Part shown: piece after piece, positions 55,971-64,000 of the stretch | Layout of the letters: each line of letters begins with the position of its first letter | Position numbering within the stretch: position 1 is the stretch's first letter | NCBI GenBank assembly: GCA_964019335.1 | Contig: OZ025685.1 | Location: 310,001-374,000 of the forward strand | Reading direction: 5' to 3' | Source: Diplonema japonicum | Lineage: Eukaryota; Protista; Euglenozoa: Diplonemea | Length of the DNA stretch: 64,000 bases | Made by a program: the position numbers and the translations under genes | Notes under the pieces: model-generated | Database searches by the model: none | The model's input: only the letters and a program-made list of their open reading frames with translations | Told to the model about the DNA's origin: nothing

Positions 55971-58868
55971 ATGTACCCCTTTATGCTGTGCATAGCATCT
56001 GCAGTAAACATACCTGCGAAGCTATCCAATCACCTCTCCACACAGGCCACACAGTGGATCTCGTACGAGGTGGATGGCCCACTGGTGCATCAACGCGCGA
56101 ACCCAGCTATCTGCGCAATAACAGGAGGCACTCACGACGGCATATTTTTACAAGGCGGCAAACAAGGCGACGTTTGGAAGAACGATTTGTGGAAGCTGAA
56201 CGAGACCGGGACGTGGGTGGAGCTGGACTCGGTACCGGAACAAGGACGGTGGAAGCACCACCTGCTGTGCGACGCGGAGAGGAAAGAGCTCTACGTTCTA
56301 GGAGGCAAGGGCATCGCCGATGTAAGCAACATGTGGGTTTACAACCTCGACAAGTCTGAATGGAAAGTGGCATCATCAACAGGACCCGCCCCGTCGGCTG
56401 ACGTCCAAGGAACAGATTTCATTGCAGTGTCAACAACCCGGCATATAGTAACAGCGGGTACAAACGACGGTGCGTACTCCGACTGGCTACTATACGACAA
56501 AACAACAGGCGAGTGGAAACAAGACCGGCTTCCGGAGCTAGGGATCGAAGACCCTGGTGGCACGGCTGCGAACGATGTTGTGTACATAGTAGGGGGGTCC
56601 GTCGCGTCGGGAGATTTTCTACCGTCACAAACGTTGGTACTAAACATGTCCGAACCGAACCCCCAATGGAGCAAGAAAAAAGGGTTTGCCGGAGAAGAAC
56701 ACCATTTATCGTACTTAGGAGGCGACATCATCGCAGTCGTCGGCGACAGAGGCGGAAAAGGCCCTCTCGCACAAAACAACGGTCTTGCACTTTACAACAT
56801 GACTCTCGACGTGTGGACTGAGGTGAACCAATCCACAGTTTGGATCCCATCCACGTCCGAAATGCGAACTACGGCCTACCACGGGTTGCTCTTCATGATG
56901 AGCGGGGTAAACGTAACGGCAACAACCCCTTCGCCCGTCGAGACCATTTTCGTTTTCAACGCTCTGTTCTGCCCGGGGAACTGCACTTTTCGCGGAACAT
57001 GCGTTTTGGCAAATTGTATCTGCGACGATGGCTTTTTCGGAGCGTCGTGTGAAAGCTCGCATCCGGCCAGCATACCATGGGGGAGCATCATAGCCGGGCT
57101 TGTATCGGGGATCGCTGTTATAGGAGGAGTTCTCACTTATGTGGTTTGGAAGTCGACGGAGCAACAGCGCGCGTTTAATAAGCTGCACGATTCGAATGCC
57201 ATCGCTACTGATATGGCAGGGAAGCTTGCAGGGATGGATCTTGACAGTCTGGCGTACCTCCACGCGATCCCGAACCCGACGAAGATCCAAGCGTCGTTCC
57301 AGTCGATACTCTTCACGCTGCAGGCTTACAAACCGTTCCTCCCGGATTCCCTCTTCGACAGAAATAACCAATTCACCGCACAAAACCCCGCCTCCGCCCA
57401 AGCTCCCGGTGTCGAAAACACCAGCATCGCCATTGTGTTCACAGACATCTCATGTAGTACAGTGATATGGAACAGCTGTCCCGATGGGATGAAGCGTGCG
57501 CTGAGTATTCATAATGCGGTTATCCGGAGCAGCATGGCGGAGCACAACGGGTACGAGGTTAAGATCATTGGCGATGCGTTCATGATCGCCTTTTACCACC
57601 CGCGCGACGCTTGTAAGTTCGGCTTGACCATTCAGGAACGGCTTTACGAGGAAAAGTGGCCGAACGGTTTGTGCGACATCCCTTCCTGTAAGCCTTCCGA
57701 CGCATTCTCTTTAAACGGTCCGCGTATCAGAGTCGGAGTGCACGTTGGCCCAGCAGCACGCGAGATCAACGCCGTCACAGGACGGTACGACTACTTCGGG
57801 CCGACCGTGAACAAAGCAGCAAGAGTTGAAGGCGCAGCCATCGCGGGAAGCGTTGCGGTTACAAGTGAAATCTTAAACACTTTTACGTCGAGAGACCTCT
57901 CGAGCATCGGGTCACCAGAGGTCATTCCACTGGGAACTGTGATTCTCAAGGGAATAGACGAGGCGTGCGAACTGTGGTGTCTGTGCCCGGAGAAACTGTC
58001 GAGAAGGGTGCCGTTTATAAAATGCCAGGTGACGCAAGATAAATCTCCCATTCAGAAGAAGTTAGACTCGCCTTACTCGGGTACGAACCCGTTGGTGTTA
58101 AGCAGCGGGGAATCGCTTTATTCAACCTCGTCAATACTCTCACGTCGGTCGACCGCAACGTTGAACGTCGGAAGCGGACGTCGAGTGGTCGGATCCGTTG
58201 CGACAGTGGAAAGGAGAGTAGAGAACCTACTCGCCAACGTGGACCCTTGCGGTATCGCTTCTGAGTTCATCACCAAGGTAACAACAATGGTCGACCGTAC
58301 GCACGGAACGGTGTCCGGAGTCAGCGCCATGTCGATGCTTTGCGTTTGGAACTGTTCGAAGAAATGTCCCGCGCATATTGAAAACTCCGTCAGGTTCGCC
58401 ACGCTCCTCGGGGCGTTTGGCAGGGAAGTCCGCATAGGTGGAATCGCCGCAGGTATCTGCAACGGTGACCTTGTTGACGGGAATGTTGGCGGGAACGGCC
58501 ACATGTACTCCACAGTATTAGGACCTTGCGTTAAATTATCCGCAATGTTGTGTTCCAGCGCGTTCGACCTTTCCACCTTGGTGCTTTATGCTTCTCTTAT
58601 CAACAACCAGGCGGTGGGGACAATGCGTCCTGTGGATCAATGGCAAGTGAGCAATTCGAATCAACCCGTTACCATCTTTGAGGTTGGCACCGGTGAGCAC
58701 GCGGAGGGCTGGGCATGGTCCTCTCAGTACGCTGCTTTCTTCGCGGGTGAACGAAAACCCACCGACACGGTGATAGATGCCGAGTGTGAGGGGGATGTTG
58801 TATTGTCTAAAGTGTGCTCTCTTCTCCGTACTGAAACGCACCTAGTTGAAAAAGAGCTTGTTTTATAG
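55971..58868 (+). CDS. Receptor-type adenylate cyclase: Kelch propeller + EGF + TM + class III cyclase + degenerate cyclase-like domain
   Basis: Kelch GG repeats (FLQGG..NDLW, LYVLGG, YIVGG), EGF CPGNC...C.C..GFFG.SC, one TM, FTDI, EVKIIGD, RIRVGVH.G, YDYFGPTVNKAAR with all catalytic and ATP-specifying residues. Confidence 0.9.
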   Translation: MYPFMLCIASAVNIPAKLSNHLSTQATQWISYEVDGPLVHQRANPAICAITGGTHDGIFLQGGKQGDVWKNDLWKLNETGTWVELDSVPEQGRWKHHLLCDAERKELYVLGGKGIADVSNMWVYNLDKSEWKVASSTGPAPSADVQGTDFIAVSTTRHIVTAGTNDGAYSDWLLYDKTTGEWKQDRLPELGIEDPGGTAANDVVYIVGGSVASGDFLPSQTLVLNMSEPNPQWSKKKGFAGEEHHLSYLGGDIIAVVGDRGGKGPLAQNNGLALYNMTLDVWTEVNQSTVWIPSTSEMRTTAYHGLLFMMSGVNVTATTPSPVETIFVFNALFCPGNCTFRGTCVLANCICDDGFFGASCESSHPASIPWGSIIAGLVSGIAVIGGVLTYVVWKSTEQQRAFNKLHDSNAIATDMAGKLAGMDLDSLAYLHAIPNPTKIQASFQSILFTLQAYKPFLPDSLFDRNNQFTAQNPASAQAPGVENTSIAIVFTDISCSTVIWNSCPDGMKRALSIHNAVIRSSMAEHNGYEVKIIGDAFMIAFYHPRDACKFGLTIQERLYEEKWPNGLCDIPSCKPSDAFSLNGPRIRVGVHVGPAAREINAVTGRYDYFGPTVNKAARVEGAAIAGSVAVTSEILNTFTSRDLSSIGSPEVIPLGTVILKGIDEACELWCLCPEKLSRRVPFIKCQVTQDKSPIQKKLDSPYSGTNPLVLSSGESLYSTSSILSRRSTATLNVGSGRRVVGSVATVERRVENLLANVDPCGIASEFITKVTTMVDRTHGTVSGVSAMSMLCVWNCSKKCPAHIENSVRFATLLGAFGREVRIGGIAAGICNGDLVDGNVGGNGHMYSTVLGPCVKLSAMLCSSAFDLSTLVLYASLINNQAVGTMRPVDQWQVSNSNQPVTIFEVGTGEHAEGWAWSSQYAAFFAGERKPTDTVIDAECEGDVVLSKVCSLLRTETHLVEKELVL

Positions 58869-59992
58869 GGGGGAACCGTTTTTATATTTTTTAGGAAATT
58901 GCGGAAGTACTCAACAATGAGGAGTTGCTACAGGTGGAAGACGTTGGAATGGCGGGGGGTTAGGTGCCCGACACCAACATTGCTCGGGACGACGGGGCCG
59001 AATGGGAGCATCAAGGTAGACCGTGGTCTTCAAGTGGGATTTACCCCTAAATATCGGCTTTTTTTTTCTCCCCCAAAGAGAGGACTCTCATCGTTTTGCC
59101 TTGTTGCCTATCAACTATCGTCTTTGCTTAAAAGAGTCATGGCAACTCGTAAGATAGCCTTCGCAGGCAAGTCAGCCGGTGTTAGAGTCCCGACATATAA
59201 GAAAAAAAGAAGGACAAGGCTTTCCAGCTTTGCATGTTATGGTTTTGATTTTTTTTTTTTTTTGCCGCGCAGGAGCCACTAAGGACCTGGCTCTCCATAG
59301 CCTTGTCCACAGAGCGAATGCGGAGACCGTGGTCGGGAAAAGTACTCTCCAAACCTGCTGGGACGCTAGTGGGAGCCAATGAAGGGTGCTTCTTGCCTGA
59401 AGAGATCAGCACTTGGAGGAGTCGCAAGATTATCTCGAAACTGAGAGATACCTAGTACTGACCATACCCCCTCCCTTTTTAGGGCATGCGGCTTTCGCTC
59501 TGGGAGTTTGCATGTTAATTTGAGTTTTTTGTTCTTTCTTGGGAAAAAGAGGGGGGGGGAGGGGACTGCAGAAGTTGAGCTCGTCCGGAAAAGAAAGTCC
59601 GCAAAATGACACTACTGACAAACCTTTGGTGAGAAAGATCCGAATGATCTTCTACGTAAAATATAGTCATAAGGCTTGGGGTGAGTACTGATAATACCAC
59701 CGCATTTGTTGACATTTTTTCCCCCTCCTCTATACAAAGCTAACAGGTTATCCAGATTTCCGCGTACAATGCCAGTACTTGCTCGGGTCAGGTTTTCTTT
59801 TTTTTTTTTTTTTTTGCCCCTCTTTTTTTCTTCTTCTTTTCTCACACAAGTCTTGGTGCCTCAACGGCTTTTGACAATACAAAAAAAAAAAAAAAAAAAA
59901 AAAAAAATAATCCTTCTTCCTCTTCTCTTTCTTTTTCCTTTTTTTGCTTTTTTTCTTCAAAAAATCCCCGCCTATATCTACCGCAGGCAGTG

Positions 59993-62900
59993 ATGGGCTA
60001 TGTCCCCATCCTTGTTTCAACCATTTTGATAACGATATGCCGCGGCACAATCGCAGTAGAAGTAGGCAGCAAGATAAGGGTGCGATACAAGGAGCAGTAC
60101 CAACCAGTTGCGAAGGCGGTTCAACAGATTCTGGCTGAATCCCCGCAACCAATGCTAACCTTGGTCGTGCGCCTAGCATGGCACACGCTGGCGAACTACA
60201 ACGCAGCCCTCTACCCCAAGGGAGGCTCCACAGGGGGCTGCATCAGGATGCTTCCCGAGAGTGCCGACGGTGCAAATAAGAACACAGAGTCTGCCCGCAC
60301 ACTGCTTGACCCTGTGATGGCTGAGTTCCCGTTCATCACCTACGCAGACTTATTCATCTTGGCGGGCAACACCGCTTTTGAAATGATGGGTAGTCTTCCT
60401 CTCTACTTCACCCCTGGGAGGGTGGACTACCCAAATATGAACCCGACCCCGAACCCGCAGTGTGTGCCCGAAGGCAGAATGCCAAAGAAACACATCAGTT
60501 ATGACGTCTTTCCTTTTCCTGAAGGCCGTTTGTATCACAACATTAAGTTTCGTGAGTTGGGTTTTTCGATCGTGGACACAATGGGGGCGATTGATGAGGA
60601 TGCTATGCGTGCTTCGGTTGCACTGATGGGCGGGCACACCACAGGCGGGATGCATCCCAGTGTGAGCGGAAACGAAGGGCACTGGACAAAAACACCATAT
60701 GTCTTCAACAATGAGTACTTCATACACTTGAATGGGATTAACTGGACCACCGACATGGCGACGAATAGGACTGACATCGACTTGCAGTACGAGCACGACG
60801 GGGTTGTGATGCTCCCTTCTGACCTCACGATGAGGCTGCACCCGGACCTTGCTGAGGTTGTACGGGAGTTCGCCATAAACGACACCTCATTCCAGTTGGT
60901 CTTTGCTGAGGCGTGGGTCGCCTTGACCATGAACGGTGTAACACCGGTGCCGGGTGACGACCTCCTGCCCACTCCTGCACCATCGGGCACTTTCTGCACG
61001 CCGTCCACTCTGCAACAAGAAGGGAACCAAACGTATGTTTGCATGCATGAAAGCTTGTGGCTGCCGTTTCTGTCGCTTCACTGGACGTACAATGTTGCAG
61101 AAGACGCGCTTTACATGGCTGTTCGGAGCGAGACAACAGGCTGGCTTGGAATGAGCTTCCCTACTGCGGCTGGTGTCATGACCCCAGCTGACGCTGTCAT
61201 AGCGTCCGCTGATGGCGTGCTGCCGTACAGCATCAAACGTCGGAGTTTGTCCGGCGTGCAGCACAGTGAATTGACGCGAGCGATATTAGGCCTGAGCGGG
61301 GAGTCGGTGGAACAGTTGCAGGGAACCACAACGCTGCGGTTCATGGTGAAGGGTAGCGCGGTCATAGGCACGAACGGACTCGTGGCCATCAACATCGCAA
61401 GGGACGATAGGGACCTGAACCTGGGCAGACACAACGTGTCCTCCGTGACATCAATGACATGGGACCCTAGCACAGGGAAGGTCAACGAGCTGGCGCAGAA
61501 CCTCTCGTTCTACAGGAAACTTCATGCCGCGTTGATGATCGCAGCTTTCTGCTATCTACTCCCTGCAGGGGTACTGATAAAGAGGTACGGAAAAGCCGTG
61601 TACGGGGTAAGCGATGCCCCAACTATGGAACACATGGGATGCATGATGAAGGTGCACATTGCACTGACGGTACTCTCGTTGGTCTTTTGCTACGTGGCGG
61701 TGTTGGTGGGCACTCTGCACTTCCCGGAGTCAACGGAGAGCAAAGGACAGCACAAGTTGGTGGGGTACGTCTTGGTGGTGCTGTCAATGCTGCTCCCGAC
61801 ATTGGGCAGCTTGCGGATCATGCTGAGAGGGACGGGCGTCTCACACGCCGTGTTGGGGTGGGTGTTCATGCTTGCCGCGTTGCTGCAGTGCTTTTCCGGG
61901 CACTACACGTATGACTCTGTCTCGAGCGATAGCGCACCGTTGTTCATCGCAATGGTCACCGGAATCGTTACCTTCGTGTTGATTTATTTCGTTTTTTATC
62001 TCATTGTGGGTTCACAGTACCGGACGTTCACGGTCACCGACATTTCGGACCAAACCCTTATAAACTGGAGAGAACTCGTTACGCACGACGAAAGCTCCTC
62101 TGAGCCATGGATTGTCATCAATAATACCGTCTATAGTATTGCCTCATGGCTGCAAACCCACCCCGGTGGGCCTGAAGTCCTCCTCCCAGTAGCGGGGGGC
62201 GACGGGACTGCAGCGTTTGCCAGCGTTCAGCACAGCCGGAAAGCGATCGATATTCTGGAAAAATACAAAATAGGAAGGCTGCACCAGAAGGACGGGATGA
62301 CATCTATCCTGCAGCAGTCGCAGGAGATCAGCACCGCGGTTAGCGAGCTGAACATCCCCAGAGCAGCGTCCGTGTTGACGGAAGGAAAGCAAACGTCGAT
62401 GCTGTTGGAGGCCCTCGGCATTTTGATACAGAAGATACGCGCGGTGTCCGTGTTCGTTCCAATGGCGGTGAGACCGTTGGGCCCAGCGGACTGCATCCTG
62501 CCCCTCCGCATCGGCGAGGAAGGAGCGATAATGTTCATTGAGCCTTTCATACTGTCGGTGTACGAAGAGGAGGTCCCCGTTCGCGACATCTACGTTGATA
62601 TTGTAAGACATGCTTTTTTGGACTTCTCGGGATATGAGTCAAAATCCATCGAAAACACGTTTCTAGCTGTTTTTGAAAGCTCAAACGATGCGTGCAGATG
62701 TGCCCTTGCGATACAGGAGAGGCTGCACGACGCCCCGTGGCCGGACGCTATTGAGAGCATCCCAACGTACAGCACGTCAAAGGCGTTCGCCATGCGGGGC
62801 CCGTGCGTGCGCATCGGGATCCACTGGGGAGAACCCTGCTCCACAACAAACAACATCACAGAAAGACGCGACTTCTTCGGCGCGGTAGTGAACAAAACAC

Positions 62901-63916
62901 AGGACATCACAAACGGCACCCCGAAAGGCTCAATCGCAGTATCTGACCTCGCCCTACGCCATGTTTTTATAAAGGGATATGCCAGCATCGGGTTTGGTTC
63001 ACTGGCAGGTATGAATGTGACGCTCATAATGCCGAAGAAGTTGGAGGCGAGGCTGAGCTATTTCAGCCAGAAAACCCGGCCTGTTGTGGCGTCGCAAGAA
63101 ATGACGTACGCGAAGCAGAAAAAAAGATGTTCCTCCGTTGCACAGATCGCAGCACAGCACGAACGATGGCCTTGCGACACCGGGCAGTGCGCCACCGTGG
63201 GATACGTGAAAACAAAAATCTCCAACAAACGAGATACACAGCTCTTCGATCAAATCAGCACGATGGCCAGTCTCTTGCTGAACACAGTCGAGAGGACGCG
63301 TGGTGTAGTGGTCTCCACTACAGGATGCTACACGTGGGTCTCGTGGGGCCTGCATAACACACACGTCTCTGAACACGACGAATGGTCCTTCCGGTTCGCG
63401 GCAATTATGAAATCGTTGCTGCCTGGATGTGTCATGGGCCTTTCCACAGGCAAGCTGCAGTCGGGTAACATGGGGACGGTCTCGCAAAAACTCGTTACCG
63501 TGGTGGGGGAACCCATGCATTCCGCGATTCTCCTGAACAAATGTTCACAAGAGCTCGGAACCGTGGCTCTGTGGAACGAATTGGTCAAGGGCCAGAAATT
63601 ACTGAAACCAGAATTCGTGGATTGGATCCGCCCAGTTGACACTTGGCAAGTAAGCACATCATCCAGTAAGATAGATGTACTTATTTACGAAGTACGGACC
63701 GACGACCTGAACCCTGAGTCGTCCGTGAGGGGGCACGGGTTTATTTGCGATCAGTGGGGTTGGTCATTAGAGTACCATGAGGCTTTCAATGAGAAGCTGG
63801 TGGCACGGATTGTGTCGCATATTGACATCTACCCGAGCCCCGTGCTCGCAGAGGTTGTGCGGCACTTGGAGAACAACACCCATCTATGTTATCAGAACGA
63901 TTTAGTGGTGGTTTAG
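59993..63916 (+). CDS. Fusion protein: heme peroxidase (APX/CCP class I) - DOMON - cytochrome b561 - cytochrome b5 - class III cyclase-like (x2)
   Basis: RLAWH, GGHTTG, GHWT, FNNEYF, LPSD; DOMON GWLGMSF..VM..AD and GRH; b561 His in LHAALM, VHIAL, QHKLVG, SHAVLG; b5 HPGG and QHS; cyclase VRIGIHWG, RDFFGAVVN. True ATG at 59993 (ORF track starts at GTG 59990). Confidence 0.9.
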   Translation: MGYVPILVSTILITICRGTIAVEVGSKIRVRYKEQYQPVAKAVQQILAESPQPMLTLVVRLAWHTLANYNAALYPKGGSTGGCIRMLPESADGANKNTESARTLLDPVMAEFPFITYADLFILAGNTAFEMMGSLPLYFTPGRVDYPNMNPTPNPQCVPEGRMPKKHISYDVFPFPEGRLYHNIKFRELGFSIVDTMGAIDEDAMRASVALMGGHTTGGMHPSVSGNEGHWTKTPYVFNNEYFIHLNGINWTTDMATNRTDIDLQYEHDGVVMLPSDLTMRLHPDLAEVVREFAINDTSFQLVFAEAWVALTMNGVTPVPGDDLLPTPAPSGTFCTPSTLQQEGNQTYVCMHESLWLPFLSLHWTYNVAEDALYMAVRSETTGWLGMSFPTAAGVMTPADAVIASADGVLPYSIKRRSLSGVQHSELTRAILGLSGESVEQLQGTTTLRFMVKGSAVIGTNGLVAINIARDDRDLNLGRHNVSSVTSMTWDPSTGKVNELAQNLSFYRKLHAALMIAAFCYLLPAGVLIKRYGKAVYGVSDAPTMEHMGCMMKVHIALTVLSLVFCYVAVLVGTLHFPESTESKGQHKLVGYVLVVLSMLLPTLGSLRIMLRGTGVSHAVLGWVFMLAALLQCFSGHYTYDSVSSDSAPLFIAMVTGIVTFVLIYFVFYLIVGSQYRTFTVTDISDQTLINWRELVTHDESSSEPWIVINNTVYSIASWLQTHPGGPEVLLPVAGGDGTAAFASVQHSRKAIDILEKYKIGRLHQKDGMTSILQQSQEISTAVSELNIPRAASVLTEGKQTSMLLEALGILIQKIRAVSVFVPMAVRPLGPADCILPLRIGEEGAIMFIEPFILSVYEEEVPVRDIYVDIVRHAFLDFSGYESKSIENTFLAVFESSNDACRCALAIQERLHDAPWPDAIESIPTYSTSKAFAMRGPCVRIGIHWGEPCSTTNNITERRDFFGAVVNKTQDITNGTPKGSIAVSDLALRHVFIKGYASIGFGSLAGMNVTLIMPKKLEARLSYFSQKTRPVVASQEMTYAKQKKRCSSVAQIAAQHERWPCDTGQCATVGYVKTKISNKRDTQLFDQISTMASLLLNTVERTRGVVVSTTGCYTWVSWGLHNTHVSEHDEWSFRFAAIMKSLLPGCVMGLSTGKLQSGNMGTVSQKLVTVVGEPMHSAILLNKCSQELGTVALWNELVKGQKLLKPEFVDWIRPVDTWQVSTSSSKIDVLIYEVRTDDLNPESSVRGHGFICDQWGWSLEYHEAFNEKLVARIVSHIDIYPSPVLAEVVRHLENNTHLCYQNDLVVV

Positions 63917-64000
63917 TGGTTCAATGGTTGGGGGGGGATCAAAAAAAAAAAAGGATTATTGCTTACGGAGGGCTTTCTAGTCCTTGTCTGTTCTTTTCAG

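Noticed and set aside
457-63657. Minus-strand and alternate-frame ORFs overlapping the real genes
   Set aside because: Shadow ORFs expected in GC-balanced coding DNA; none has recognisable motifs.
988-63916. Idea of a functional sensory gene cluster (polycystin-like, Piezo, cyclases)
   Set aside because: These genes are interspersed with unrelated housekeeping genes, and directional clusters of this type are generally not functionally organised.
1-64000. tRNA, rRNA or spliced-leader RNA genes; alternative genetic code
   Set aside because: No cloverleaf, rRNA or SL sequence recognised; TAA, TAG and TGA all terminate genes and long ORFs read normally.

Overview
Eukaryotic protist DNA: GC-balanced coding islands separated by poly(A)/poly(T)-rich intergenic DNA. 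All ~20 credible protein genes lie on the + strand, most with a polypyrimidine-AG just upstream of the ATG. Together with kinetoplastid-type receptor adenylate cyclases and a dozen very short (35-62 nt) GT-AG introns, this suggests (inference) a euglenozoan such as a diplonemid with directional gene clusters. Genes: a 4.1-kaa polycystin-1/REJ-GPS-like receptor, PGAM5, an eEF2K-like alpha-kinase, a ZIP transporter, a LicD protein, an LRR protein, a TOM1-like VHS-GAT protein, a cyclin, Piezo, a PhyH dioxygenase, a DOMON membrane protein, PARG and two tandem receptor cyclases. Two things stand out. (1) One protein fuses heme peroxidase + DOMON + cytochrome b561 + cytochrome b5 + a pseudo-adenylate-cyclase with all heme ligands retained, next to a catalytically intact paralog. 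(2) A non-coding interspersed element (3 copies, 2 subfamilies) has a ~135-nt covarying terminal hairpin (GCA triloop, two tandem G.A motifs), asymmetric inverted repeats and phased 11-bp motif arrays. It is probably a non-autonomous Crypton- or Helentron-like element.
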